Shown piece by piece: positions 54,064 through 64,000 of a DNA stretch of 64,000 nucleotides (positions are counted from its first letter, which is position 1; the number at the start of each line of letters is the position of its first letter). Location: assembly GCA_038213375.1 (NCBI GenBank), contig JBBQTB010000011.1:54340-118339 (forward strand), given 5' to 3'. Origin of the DNA: Bacteroidales bacterium (GTDB lineage: Bacteria; Bacteroidota; Bacteroidia; Bacteroidales; JAAUTT01). Below the pieces are notes generated by a model. That model was not told the origin of the DNA. It was given only the letters and a program-made list of their open reading frames with translations, and searched no databases. The translations under genes were made by a program, and so were the position numbers.

Positions 54064-54479
54064 ACAGTAAAAAACCTATATTGCTCGTTGAGGACGATAA
54101 GATTGATGCTTTGACCATTCAACGGGCTTTAAAAGAATTAAGCATTAGTAACCAAATAATTGCAGTAACAAATGGCGAAGAGGCTTTGGATTATCTCAAC
54201 GTAAACCAGACTGACTTACCATGCATTATTCTTCTTGATCTGAATATGCCCAAAATGAATGGAATTGAGTTTTTGCAGGCACGTTACAAATTAGATCAAA
54301 TACGCTCTATTCCCGTTGTAGTTCTTACTACTTCGCTTGACGATCAGGATCGCCTTGAAACATTTAAGCTGGGCATTGCCGGGTATATGCTTAAACCTGT
54401 TGATTATAAGCAATTTGTTGAAGTAGTAAGAACCATCGATTTGTATTGGACACTTAGTGCTCTTCCTTTTAACGGGTAA
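54060..54479 (+). CDS. CheY-like response regulator (receiver only)
   Basis: LLVEDD, IILLDLNMPKMNG, VVVLTTS, LKPV. ATGA overlap with the kinase gene. Confidence 0.85.
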   Translation: MNSKKPILLVEDDKIDALTIQRALKELSISNQIIAVTNGEEALDYLNVNQTDLPCIILLDLNMPKMNGIEFLQARYKLDQIRSIPVVVLTTSLDDQDRLETFKLGIAGYMLKPVDYKQFVEVVRTIDLYWTLSALPFNG

Positions 54480-54483
54480 AAAA

Positions 54484-56118
54484 ATGGAATATAAAATTCT
54501 TTATATAGAAGACGATTACATCGACAGGATAGCCTTTGAAAGGTCAACAAAAAAGAGCATGTGCAATTTCGAATACAAGCTCGCCTGTTCCCTGAATGAA
54601 GGAATATCTATGACAAATGAAACCAAGTTTGATTGTATCGTTTCCGATTTCAATTTGGGCGATGGTAATGCCATGGAACTGATAGAAACTATAAAGGATG
54701 TTCCAATCATCGTTATTACTGGTATGGGAAGCGAAGAAACTGCTGTTATGGCCATGAAAGCCGGTGCTTACGACTATCTTACCAAGGATATTCAGGGCAG
54801 TTATCTGATGATGTTGCCTGTTACAGTTGAAAATGCAATATTCAGAAAAAGATCGAAAGATGAATTGAAAAAATACCGTTCCCAACTGGAGATTATGGTG
54901 AAGGAACGAACCTCAGAGTTGAGTGATACTAACGAGCGCCTTCAGCAGGAAATTAACGAACATAAAAAAACAGAAGTAGAACTCTTAAATGCAAAAATCA
55001 AAGCCGAAGAAAGCGATAAATTGAAAACTGCATTTCTGGCGAATATTTCCCATGAAATCAGAACTCCTATGAACGGAATCATTGGGTTTGCAAGTCTGCT
55101 GGTCGATAAGTCGGTTGGCGAGGATAGCCGGATGTCATATGTTGAAATTATAAACAATAGTTGCAACCAACTTTTGTCTATTATCAATGATATAGTAGAC
55201 ATTTCCCGCATCGAATCGGGTCAAATTTCTTTAAGTGAGACTGCATTCTCACTGAATAGTCTCATTGATGAATTGCAGATGTTCTTTCAGCCATTTGCCG
55301 AAAAAAAAGGACTGAAGTTATATTCCAACAAAACGCTTAATGACATAGATTGCGAAATTGTTTCCGACCATTCAAAACTCCGGCAGGTATTAAATAACCT
55401 ACTTATTAATGCAATAAAGTTTACCAAATATGGTGAAATTAAGTTTGGGTATAGGCTTATAAACAATTATGTTGAATTTTATGTTTCCGATACGGGTATT
55501 GGGATAAAACCTGAATTTCAGGAAATAATTTTCGAACGTTTCCGACAGGCCGAACAAAGTGATACAAATGTTTATGGAGGTACTGGTTTAGGATTGTCTA
55601 TTTCTAAGGCATTTGTGGAGTTGCACGGTGGCAAAATCTGGCTAAAATCACAGTCAGGAAAGGGATCCGATTTTTATTTTACAATTGTTTATAAACCCAA
55701 AGGTAATTCATACAATTTGGAAGGAAACGGCACTGTGGAGCTAACCAATTTAACAGGGAAAAAAATTCTTGTGGTTGATGACGAAGATTCCAATTTTCAA
55801 TATTTAAATGAACTACTTGTAAACTCCGGCGCTATTGTGATACATGCAGAAAATGGGCTTAAGGCAATCGAAGTCTGCAAAAAAACAGAGGATATTGATC
55901 TTATCCTTATGGATATTAAAATGCCGGAAATGAATGGATTAGAAGCAGCTCGCATTATTAAGCGGGATATTGACAACAAAATCCCCATTATTGTACAAAC
56001 AGCTTATGCTTATCCCGAGGACCGCAAAAAAGCTATGGAATATAAGTGCGACGATTATATTACCAAACCATTAAACCGTGATGAATTGTTTAAAATGATT
56101 AACAAACATATCCTTTGA
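54484..56118 (+). CDS. hybrid receiver-histidine kinase-receiver protein
   Basis: N-terminal receiver (ILYIEDD, VSDFNLGDGNAMEL), H-box ISHEIRTPMNGI, G-boxes DTGIGI and GTGLGLSISK, C-terminal receiver (ILVVDDE, LILMDIKMPEMNG). Confidence 0.85.
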   Translation: MEYKILYIEDDYIDRIAFERSTKKSMCNFEYKLACSLNEGISMTNETKFDCIVSDFNLGDGNAMELIETIKDVPIIVITGMGSEETAVMAMKAGAYDYLTKDIQGSYLMMLPVTVENAIFRKRSKDELKKYRSQLEIMVKERTSELSDTNERLQQEINEHKKTEVELLNAKIKAEESDKLKTAFLANISHEIRTPMNGIIGFASLLVDKSVGEDSRMSYVEIINNSCNQLLSIINDIVDISRIESGQISLSETAFSLNSLIDELQMFFQPFAEKKGLKLYSNKTLNDIDCEIVSDHSKLRQVLNNLLINAIKFTKYGEIKFGYRLINNYVEFYVSDTGIGIKPEFQEIIFERFRQAEQSDTNVYGGTGLGLSISKAFVELHGGKIWLKSQSGKGSDFYFTIVYKPKGNSYNLEGNGTVELTNLTGKKILVVDDEDSNFQYLNELLVNSGAIVIHAENGLKAIEVCKKTEDIDLILMDIKMPEMNGLEAARIIKRDIDNKIPIIVQTAYAYPEDRKKAMEYKCDDYITKPLNRDELFKMINKHIL

Positions 56119-56125
56119 AATTGTT

Positions 56126-56869
56126 TTAAAACTTCATAAGGCTTTTCAGCGATTTATAACCGCTATCGCTGACTTTGAGCTTTGCACCATTGGAAAGTAT
56201 AGCCAAGTATGAGTTTTTTTCATACAATTCCAACTGTTTGATAGTATCAATGTTAACAATATACGACCGATGAATGCGTAGAAATTTGCCAGGTTCGAGG
56301 TGTTGCTCGAAATACTTCATAGTTTGTTGTTTCAGGTATTTTCCTTCCACACTGTATATCATCACGTAATCATCCTGCGATTCAACATAAATAATCTGGT
56401 CCACGGGAATCACTTTTATTTTGCTGCCAGTCTTTACCACAACCCTATCGAGGATGTCCTGTTTCTCCAAAACATGCTCAGTAAGTTTGGTTATATTTTG
56501 AGAAAGTGGTTCCTTTTGAGTTCTTTCCGATACTTTTAAAATGGCTTGATTAAATCGATCCTGTGAATAAGGTTTCAACAAATAATCGACTGCATTAAGT
56601 TCAAAAGCACGTATGGCAAACTGATCATACGCAGTGGTAAAGATAATCCGGGGCGTTTCATCCATCAGTTCAAGCAGCTCGAAACCGGTAAGTTTAGGCA
56701 TCTGAACATCAAGAAATACCAGATCGGGTTTCAATTCCTGGATGGCCTTTAAACCAGAGAAACCGTCGGCAAATTCCCCCAAAAGAGTAATATTGGAATG
56801 TGCAGTTAAGTAATGTTTGATCAGATCGCGTGCAGGTTGCTCGTCTTCGATAATTATGGCTCTTATCAT
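56126..56869 (-). CDS. LytTR-family response regulator
   Basis: Receiver (AIIIEDE, LVFLDVQMPKLTG) plus a C-terminal LytTR DNA-binding domain (FLRIHRSYIVN). Confidence 0.85.
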   Translation of the reverse strand: MIRAIIIEDEQPARDLIKHYLTAHSNITLLGEFADGFSGLKAIQELKPDLVFLDVQMPKLTGFELLELMDETPRIIFTTAYDQFAIRAFELNAVDYLLKPYSQDRFNQAILKVSERTQKEPLSQNITKLTEHVLEKQDILDRVVVKTGSKIKVIPVDQIIYVESQDDYVMIYSVEGKYLKQQTMKYFEQHLEPGKFLRIHRSYIVNIDTIKQLELYEKNSYLAILSNGAKLKVSDSGYKSLKSLMKF

Positions 56870-57918
56870 GTCAGTTTTGGTAAAATCATTTCTACTTCAA
56901 AATTTGAATTGCTTTTGTTGGTTTTCAGCAGATCTTCACGCTGATAGATAAGTCGAAGGCGATTAACAATGTTTTTTATTCCCATTCGGTTTCCTTTGCG
57001 GGGCGCAGCTTCCAAATCGAAATTATTCGAAATTTTGAGCTTTATTCCATCCAAACATGGTTCGCAAACAAAGGAAATAGTAACCTCGTCGGATGACTCA
57101 TAAACGCCATGTTTAACGGCATTTTCAAAAAGTGGTTGTAAAATCATGTTTGGGACTTCGAAATTTTTACAACTTTCGCTTATATCTAAACGATAAACCA
57201 ACCGATCGCCAAAACGTACCTTTTCTATGTCGAGGTATAACAGGATATGATCCATTTCTTCAGACAGACTAATCATTTGCCTCTCTTTATGCCCAATAGA
57301 ATGTCTTAAAAATTCTGATAATTTTATAATCATTTCCTGCGCTTTGGCAGGATTTGTAATGGTTAGTGAACTAATTGAATTTAAACTATTAAATAGAAAA
57401 TGAGGATTAATTTGCGATTTTAACAAACTTAGCTCAGTTTCCTTTACAAGAGATTTAAGTTCTGCCTCATTTAAAATCTTTTCCTGAAGGTTTATGTACG
57501 AGATAACCAGATAATAAATAAGTATAATCAATAGATAAAGAAAAACACCGATTGTGAGTCTCCATGGAATGGAAACATTTAGAAAGTTTAAATATTCAGT
57601 GTTATCGGCAAAAATCTGCCGTAATAAAAAAGAACCAGTCAGATACCAGATAATAAGAGTAAGAGCAGCAGCTCCTCCGTGATTGAAAATAACGTCGGTT
57701 ATCTTTGCTTTATTAATATCACTATATTTTACCGTGTACCACAAACCGATAGCAATAATACCGAAAAGTGAATAAAACACAAAACTATCGGTAAAGGATA
57801 TCAAATGATTAAATCCATAGAAATGATTTAATACCGTTGCATGCACAGTTCCAATAAATGCCCATGTCAAAAGGTAATAAACCAAATACTTTTTCTTTTG
57901 AAGAATAGGATGCACCAT
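56866..57918 (-). CDS. LytS/YpdA-type sensor histidine kinase
   Basis: Multi-TM N-terminus, then LKSQINPHFLFNSLNSI (His_kinase box) and a HATPase region. 4-nt overlap with the regulator. Confidence 0.8.
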   Translation of the reverse strand: MVHPILQKKKYLVYYLLTWAFIGTVHATVLNHFYGFNHLISFTDSFVFYSLFGIIAIGLWYTVKYSDINKAKITDVIFNHGGAAALTLIIWYLTGSFLLRQIFADNTEYLNFLNVSIPWRLTIGVFLYLLIILIYYLVISYINLQEKILNEAELKSLVKETELSLLKSQINPHFLFNSLNSISSLTITNPAKAQEMIIKLSEFLRHSIGHKERQMISLSEEMDHILLYLDIEKVRFGDRLVYRLDISESCKNFEVPNMILQPLFENAVKHGVYESSDEVTISFVCEPCLDGIKLKISNNFDLEAAPRKGNRMGIKNIVNRLRLIYQREDLLKTNKSNSNFEVEMILPKLT

Positions 57919-57933
57919 TTGTGGGGAAGTTTA

Positions 57934-58740
57934 TTAAATGCTATTTATTTCGCCACCGCCAAAAATTGCTACACCTGTAATATATAACTCTTTTGAATTT
58001 TCGTCAAAAGAAATTGCAGGTCCCCGCCGTTTATCAACAAATCCACCAAATATTGATACCACCTCAACATGAACTTTCCAATTGGCAGGAATGATAAGTT
58101 TGGAACCGCCAAAAATATTCACCACATCGATCATGTTTTTACCGTCACCAAGCTCACAATTTAACAAATCGTAAGTTGAACCACCAAATATAGAAGTTAC
58201 TTTACCTCCGCGAAATGATTTAGAATAGATTTTTCGCTCGCTTCCGCCAAAAACATTTACCTCATCAAGATAATCGGATGTAGAATCTTTTGACTTATTC
58301 CAACCGCCATAATTATCCCCCAAGTCATTCGGGTTCTGATAATCCGTGTTTGAGTTTTTCCAGTAATCTTTATTTCTCCAGTCTTTGTGTGAATGCCAGT
58401 CGTGTCGACCTCGCCGTTTGTGAAATAAAATAACCACGCCAATAGTAACCAAAATAATAGGAAGGAAAAGTTTATCAGTATTATAGGAAATATTAAATAT
58501 TTCGGGTATAAGGAAAATAGTTCCCACAGCTATCAGAATTAAACCAAATGAACTATTCCTTTTGTGTGAAACATTTAAAATACCAATAAAAATGAGAAGC
58601 ATTTGCCATGAAAAAATGATGTTATGAAGAGAAAAGCCTAACCAGCCGGTTTCTTCCAACAAAAAAAGTCCTCCGAAAAAAATAAAAAGTGCGCCAAGTA
58701 GTATTCTTCTGTCCATATATTTTGAATTACGTGTTTCCAT
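57934..58740 (-). CDS. LiaF/YvqF-like membrane protein (cell-envelope stress module)
   Basis: N-terminal TM helices plus a C-terminal repeated (V/I)FGG(S/F) beta-strand motif (VFGGSERK, IFGGSTYD, IFGGSKLI, IFGGFVDK, IFGGGEI). Confidence 0.6.
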   Translation of the reverse strand: METRNSKYMDRRILLGALFIFFGGLFLLEETGWLGFSLHNIIFSWQMLLIFIGILNVSHKRNSSFGLILIAVGTIFLIPEIFNISYNTDKLFLPIILVTIGVVILFHKRRGRHDWHSHKDWRNKDYWKNSNTDYQNPNDLGDNYGGWNKSKDSTSDYLDEVNVFGGSERKIYSKSFRGGKVTSIFGGSTYDLLNCELGDGKNMIDVVNIFGGSKLIIPANWKVHVEVVSIFGGFVDKRRGPAISFDENSKELYITGVAIFGGGEINSI

Positions 58741-58952
58741 ATACTTAGTGTGTTAATTTAGTTCAAAATTATGGTTTGTTGTACATCCTGCGAATAAAAA
58801 ATCGGCAAAACCATCATTTTTGTCGGTAGGAGGACATCATAGTTGATAATTTGAGTTTACAAGAAAATCAAATTTATAACTAAAACCAACATGAAATCGA
58901 ATAAACAAATACCCATGAATGTATGAATAATTATTAGCACATTCCTGGCTAT

Positions 58953-59570
58953 TTATAGATTGTCTAACGTCTTGAACTCATATCCGCAACCCTGCAAAAA
59001 TGATAGAAGTTGAGGCAAAACCTTAAATAAACGATCCGACGCCTGATCAGTATCGTGAAAAACGATAATTGCTCCTGGAAATACATTATCAACTACATTT
59101 TTATAACATTTTTCGATGCTTATTTTTGAAGAAAAATCCATGCTCATAATACTCCACTGTACAATAGTAAATTTTGAATTAAGAAGTTTTATCTGCCATG
59201 GCATGATCATCCCGAATGGCGGTCGAAATAAATTGCTTTGAGTTACAAGTGCTCCTTTGCGTACATCTGCAATATACTCTGTAGTTTTAGTGCAAAAGCC
59301 GCTTTTATGATAATAGCCATGATTACCGATTACATGACCAGCCAACCTTATAGAGTTAACTATGGCGGGATGTTTTTCGGCTTTCCACCCGGTACAAAAA
59401 AAAGTAGCCTTTGCGTTGTATTGAAAAAGAAAGTCCAACACCAAGGGTGTTATTCCCGGTGTTGGACCATCATCAAAAGTAAAATATATCTTTTTTTCAG
59501 TTTCTGGTAATTTCCAAACTAATTGAGGAAACAGGTATTGAATCCAGTCTGGTATTTTTACCCAAAACAT
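58953..59570 (-). CDS. polysaccharide deacetylase (NodB homology domain)
   Basis: FTFDDGP, HGYYH and IVFHD motifs. Confidence 0.8.
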   Translation of the reverse strand: MFWVKIPDWIQYLFPQLVWKLPETEKKIYFTFDDGPTPGITPLVLDFLFQYNAKATFFCTGWKAEKHPAIVNSIRLAGHVIGNHGYYHKSGFCTKTTEYIADVRKGALVTQSNLFRPPFGMIMPWQIKLLNSKFTIVQWSIMSMDFSSKISIEKCYKNVVDNVFPGAIIVFHDTDQASDRLFKVLPQLLSFLQGCGYEFKTLDNL

Positions 59571-59573
59571 TGT

Positions 59574-62500
59574 TTATTGTTGTGTTGGTGCAAACGATCT
59601 CATATACCCTTGGAAAACTACATTTATTTTATCTTTTAAAGGTGTTTGACCATTAGCGTCGGTTATACGAACAAGCTCATTTAAAACCTGCATATTAACT
59701 CTTTTTTCATAATCAATTCCTTCTGCAAATTTTCCACGAAGCCTGAAATAATATTTCAGTTCTTCATCGGTGCTTGCTAAAAGTTTATCTACAAGAGTAT
59801 TAGCTTTATCTATCAATTTAACATTGTAAAATTGTTCCACCAATGGCAAAGCCCAATAGTTGAGAGGAATTCTATCGATAGGCATCACTTCGAGGCATTT
59901 ATTTAAAACCACCTTGGCCGAATCAATTTTATTTTCTTTTACAAGAGCTTCTGCTAAACGAGCGAAATTATTCCTGAAATTCGACAGCATACGCATGTTA
60001 TTCTCATCGAGGTAAACTTTCGGATTGGCTATTCCACCCCAAACGAATTTATTGATCAAATTATTGTAAAGAATTTCAGTATCAATGCTTCCATTTTGGA
60101 GATCATTTCGTTCCGTGGATTCGATTGGCACAATCTTATAAGCCAGTCCCTGTAACTGAAAATATTTTTCGAGACCCAGGTAGTTTTCGTCAGGAACTGT
60201 TGTAGCAAAATACATCGGCCTTTTCCAGTTGTTGTGAGCCATCATATCAAGCACCATCATATCGTTCTTATAAATTGACGTACGTTTTTTTAATTCCCAT
60301 TTCATTTCAGGAACGATCAATTTAGCCAGTTTAGGAGCCACCACATGGTTGGCCATCACAACCGACGAATCAATCTTAATGCTGAACTTTTTAGCTGGCA
60401 GGTATTCTATTCTTTCACGATAATTTGGTAATGTTTTAGTTATGATAGAATCGCTGGCAACAAAATCCATCACATCCTTCAGATCGGCGTAATTGTTAAC
60501 ACGATCCACAATATATAATACATCTCGCGTACCCGTCTGGTATTTTTCTTTTTTCATTGAAAGTGGCAAAGATTCCGATTCATATACTTTTCGCTGCATT
60601 TGCTCGATGTACCAATCAGCGCCCAGGTAACTAAGATTCACCACCCTTACATCGGTGCGGATATTTTCCACTTCCTGAGCATACCATAGAGGAAAAGTGT
60701 CATTATCGCCATTGGTAAACAAAATAGCGTTCGGTTCACAAGAGTTTAGATAATCGTAAGCAAAATCCCTGCAGGTATATCGATGCGACCGATCGTGGTC
60801 ATCCCAGTTTTGATTGGCCATTATACCTGGTACTAACCCAAGCGTGAATATGGTAATTAAAATTCCCGCAACAACCCCATTCATTCTTTTCTTTAGCATA
60901 TCAATGAGGGCCATTACCCCTAACCCAATCCAAATAGCGTAAGCATAAAATGAACCGGCATAAGCATAGTCGCGTTCACGAGGTTCCATTGGCTTTTGAT
61001 TCAGATAGAGTAGAATAGCGATGCCAGTCATAAAAAACAGTAGTGAAACAACCCAGAAATCCTTCTGGTTTTTTTGGTAGTGGAACATCAACCCAATTAA
61101 ACCAAGGATGAAAGGCAACATATAGTATTTATTCCGTGCCTGATTATCTTTTAATGAGGCAGGAAGCTTATCTTGCGGACCGAGTCTAAACTCATCAATA
61201 AAATTAATCCCGGTAATCCAGTTTCCTTTTAAAATACCTCCATGCCCTTGAATATCGTTTTGACGGCCTGAGAAATTCCACATAAAATATCTAAAATACA
61301 TATAACCTATCTGATATTTAAAGAAAAATGTCAGATTCTCAACGAAAGTTGGCTTAATTAATGTGGTTGGTTCTCCTTGTTCGTTTGTACTTTGAATTTT
61401 TGTTCCCTTGATATTTGCCCATTCCTGATAGTTTTTGGCATGCTCGCGGCTATACATACGAGGGAAAATGGTGCAAAATGCCGGATCGTAAACATATTCA
61501 GGTCGATGGTAAATTTCTTTATACTTTCCTGTTTTTACATCCTGAATATAAACAGGCGAGCCTTCTTTTACCTCCTTGATCGGTGCATTATAGTATGGAC
61601 CATACAACAAAGGCCTGTCGCCATATTGCTCACGGTTAAGGTATGAGAGGAGATTGAAAAGGTTCGAGGGGTTGTTTTCATTCAAAGGAGTATTGGCATA
61701 CGACCTGATCAGAATTGTGGCGTAAGATGAATATCCCAAAAGAATGACAGCCAAAGCAAGCAAAATGGTATTCCACATAACTTTTCCTTTTTTTGCAGTA
61801 TACCATAAACCAAATATTACTGCACTAATCAACAAAATCAGGTATATGGCAAATCCGGAAGAGAATGGAAAGCTCAACACATTCACAAAGAATAGCTCAA
61901 ACCAGGTTGCAACTGTAAAAGTACCCTGGATAACGCCATACATAATCACCCCCAGAATAAAAATTCCTGATAATAATGCAATTATCACTCCATTTCTGGT
62001 AACGGTATATTTCTTAAAATAATAGATCATTACAATGGCAGGTATAGCCAAAAGGTTTAATAAGTGAACACCTATTGACAAACCCATTAGATAAGCAATC
62101 AAAATAATCCAGCGGTTGGCGTATTTTTCATTTGCCTCATTCTCCCATTTTAATATTACCCAAAATACGATAGCGGTATAAAAAGATGATGATGCATACA
62201 CTTCGCCTTCCACAGCTGAGAACCAAAAGGAATCGGAGAATGTATATGCTAAGGCTCCTACAACACCGCTACCAATAATTGAGATAACTTCTGCCAGTGT
62301 ATATTCCGTTTTATTTCCAACTATTTTACGGGCAAGATGAGTAATACTCCAAAAGAGGAAAAGTATGGTAAAACCACTACAAAGTGCTGAATATACATTG
62401 ATGGTAATAGGAATGGCGGTAACATTGCTACCGGCAAACAAGGTTGCAATCCGTCCGAGAAGCATAAATAATGGCGCACCCGGGGGATGACCCACTTCAA

Positions 62501-62639
62501 GTTTCAACGCTGTGGCAATAAATTCACCACAATCCCAAAAACTAGCCGTCGGCTCAATGGTCAAAATGTATACCGCACTGGCTATTATTCCTATAATCCA
62601 TCCGGCAATAACATTAATTTTTTTGAAGTTGTTTATCAT
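59574..62639 (-). CDS. large polytopic membrane protein, DUF2723 / GT-C-like glycosyltransferase
   Basis: 1021 aa with many TM helices. N-terminal FWDCGEF...GHPPGAPLF is typical of the DUF2723 family as I remember it. Confidence 0.6.
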   Translation of the reverse strand: MINNFKKINVIAGWIIGIIASAVYILTIEPTASFWDCGEFIATALKLEVGHPPGAPLFMLLGRIATLFAGSNVTAIPITINVYSALCSGFTILFLFWSITHLARKIVGNKTEYTLAEVISIIGSGVVGALAYTFSDSFWFSAVEGEVYASSSFYTAIVFWVILKWENEANEKYANRWIILIAYLMGLSIGVHLLNLLAIPAIVMIYYFKKYTVTRNGVIIALLSGIFILGVIMYGVIQGTFTVATWFELFFVNVLSFPFSSGFAIYLILLISAVIFGLWYTAKKGKVMWNTILLALAVILLGYSSYATILIRSYANTPLNENNPSNLFNLLSYLNREQYGDRPLLYGPYYNAPIKEVKEGSPVYIQDVKTGKYKEIYHRPEYVYDPAFCTIFPRMYSREHAKNYQEWANIKGTKIQSTNEQGEPTTLIKPTFVENLTFFFKYQIGYMYFRYFMWNFSGRQNDIQGHGGILKGNWITGINFIDEFRLGPQDKLPASLKDNQARNKYYMLPFILGLIGLMFHYQKNQKDFWVVSLLFFMTGIAILLYLNQKPMEPRERDYAYAGSFYAYAIWIGLGVMALIDMLKKRMNGVVAGILITIFTLGLVPGIMANQNWDDHDRSHRYTCRDFAYDYLNSCEPNAILFTNGDNDTFPLWYAQEVENIRTDVRVVNLSYLGADWYIEQMQRKVYESESLPLSMKKEKYQTGTRDVLYIVDRVNNYADLKDVMDFVASDSIITKTLPNYRERIEYLPAKKFSIKIDSSVVMANHVVAPKLAKLIVPEMKWELKKRTSIYKNDMMVLDMMAHNNWKRPMYFATTVPDENYLGLEKYFQLQGLAYKIVPIESTERNDLQNGSIDTEILYNNLINKFVWGGIANPKVYLDENNMRMLSNFRNNFARLAEALVKENKIDSAKVVLNKCLEVMPIDRIPLNYWALPLVEQFYNVKLIDKANTLVDKLLASTDEELKYYFRLRGKFAEGIDYEKRVNMQVLNELVRITDANGQTPLKDKINVVFQGYMRSFAPTQQ

Positions 62640-62893
62640 ATAATGATTTGTTTTTTAATGTATGATGCAACCACAAATGAGTTTATTATCATTTTGTTAT
62701 GTTTTCGGTTTTCAAAACTTATGGGTTTCATCGGAAAATTTAAACGTGGTGATGCTTTTATTGGATTTTAAAAATTTATCAAAGAAAGGTAAAATTTGTT
62801 GATTTTAGAACGACCCTATTTTATTTTTGTAGAAGGGTTATTGAAATAGTTCTTATTTCCTTATGTTTGTATTGTCTTTTTTGTTAGAATGAT

Positions 62894-64000
62894 ATGCGCG
62901 TATTTTTCATTTTTCTGTTCCTTACAATTTTTTCTGTTTCTGTTAAATCTCAATTACCTATTGATTTTGCAGTTGAAAATTTTTTTTCGCCAGCTGATAG
63001 CCAGAAAATTTCGTTACATTTTACAAATCGAAGTTTCTTCAAGAACAACGAATATTTCAACACGTTATACGAAGGTGCAACATACCCGGGATTTCAGGTT
63101 GAACCTACGCTGGTATATAATCCGGGACCAACAACGCGAATTGAAGCTGGTGTCAGACTTTTAAAATATTTTGGACGGGATGGGATTTACCGGATTGAAC
63201 CTGTATTTCGATTTCAATATCAACCTGTCCCTTATTTCCAGACTATTCTTGGAACACTCTATGGTGGCAGTAATCATGGCCTGATAGAACCTTTGTACCG
63301 GTGGGAGAAAAACTATACCGATCCAACCGAGAATGGAGTTCAATTCCTTTTTAAAACAAAGCAGGTCAAAGCAGATATCTGGCTCGACTGGGAAAAATTT
63401 ATTCTACCCAATGACCCATTTCAGGAGGAGCTCACCTATGGTACTACTTTTATTTGGAATCTGTTGCCAGATGATCGAAAATTCAACATTTCCATACCAT
63501 TCCAAACTCTTATAAATCATCATGGAGGCCAAAGCCTTTCAGTGGATATTCCACTTCGGACTATTTTTGATTTTGCATCTGGTATCAAGACTTCGTTTTA
63601 TCCAAAAAGCGGAAAAATTAGGGAACTGAATTTTGAATTCTGGTATATGGGCTATAAAGATATGTCGCCCCAAAAATTGCAAGCATTCCGGGAAGGGTAT
63701 GCGATCTATCCCCGTGCTGAAATTTATGTGTCCAATTTTATCTTCCAAGCGGGGTATTTCCATGGAGATATGTTTATATCACCCAAAGGAGAAACGCTTT
63801 TTCATAGTGCATTAATTCCTTTTAACGACGAAAAACGACCCATTCGCGATTTGGCTACTTTTAAACTGGCTTTCCGTAAACAAATTGATAAAGGAATAGC
63901 TTTATCCACTTATTTTGAAACCTATAAGGATCTCTCTATTAGCCAAACTGATTATTGTTATGGACTGCAATTGACAATAGACAAAACGTTTTTTATCAGG
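62894..64000 (+). CDS. hypothetical secreted / outer-membrane-like protein, 3' end outside window (not in the supplied ORF track)
   Basis: My translation from the ATG at 62894 gives 369 codons with no stop up to the window edge: MRVFFIFLFLTIFSVSVKSQLPIDF... (signal peptide), then an aromatic-rich, alternating beta-like sequence. The listed ORFs 62889-63164, 63333-63515 and 63633-63815 are off-frame shadows. Confidence 0.7.
   Translation, partial: MRVFFIFLFLTIFSVSVKSQLPIDFAVENFFSPADSQKISLHFTNRSFFKNNEYFNTLYEGATYPGFQVEPTLVYNPGPTTRIEAGVRLLKYFGRDGIYRIEPVFRFQYQPVPYFQTILGTLYGGSNHGLIEPLYRWEKNYTDPTENGVQFLFKTKQVKADIWLDWEKFILPNDPFQEELTYGTTFIWNLLPDDRKFNISIPFQTLINHHGGQSLSVDIPLRTIFDFASGIKTSFYPKSGKIRELNFEFWYMGYKDMSPQKLQAFREGYAIYPRAEIYVSNFIFQAGYFHGDMFISPKGETLFHSALIPFNDEKRPIRDLATFKLAFRKQIDKGIALSTYFETYKDLSISQTDYCYGLQLTIDKTFFIR

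Noticed and set aside
51712-56118. Sensor kinase / response regulator / hybrid kinase cluster as something unusual
   Set aside because: The domain order and overlaps (ATGA coupling) are ordinary for Bacteroidota two-component loci in core genome. Nothing unexplained was seen.
62889-63815. Listed short ORFs 62889-63164, 63161-63343(-), 63333-63515, 63539-63763(-), 63633-63815
   Set aside because: They are superseded by the single 369-codon open frame starting at 62894 that runs off the window.

Overview
This is an AT-rich, Bacteroidota-like chromosome segment. All functional calls are motif-level readings of the supplied translations and of my own hand translations; no database, HMM or structure search was possible.

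Positions ~1-45100 look horizontally acquired. They end at a tyrosine integrase next to tRNA-Pro(CGG) at 45101-45173. Positions 45243-64000 are ordinary core genome: rfaE-like sugar kinase, priA, pfkA, ispH, cmk, two-component systems and envelope genes.

The accessory part contains, in order:
(i) A translationally coupled 'split polyvalent protein' module of the kind seen on conjugative elements. It has an N6A-MTase fragment, two small ORFs, a 1280-aa SNF2 helicase and an 813-aa RadC/DUF2958-like/P-loop protein.
(ii) A defence island. It holds a PD-(D/E)xK protein divergent from a UG/Abi-type reverse transcriptase. Next comes a WYL-headed minus-strand operon: a coiled-coil protein, an 868-aa Cas4-like + DEDD-like + PD-(D/E)xK fusion, and two unknowns of 362 and 305 aa. 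Then come a second WYL regulator divergent from a three-gene cluster with an HNH-like protein, a type I R-M locus, and an AbiEi/AbiEii pair.
(iii) A small integrase/excisionase/replication-like module.

Three IS elements (IS66-, IS3- and IS21-family) each sit in or against an island gene. hsdM is demonstrably split by IS21: there is an 8-bp target duplication and the ORF is restored in silico. hsdM also carries a frameshift.

The best candidate for an undescribed system is the WYL-headed operon at 12209-19963. Secondary candidates are the stand-alone RT (with or without the divergent nuclease) and the WYL2/HNH cluster.
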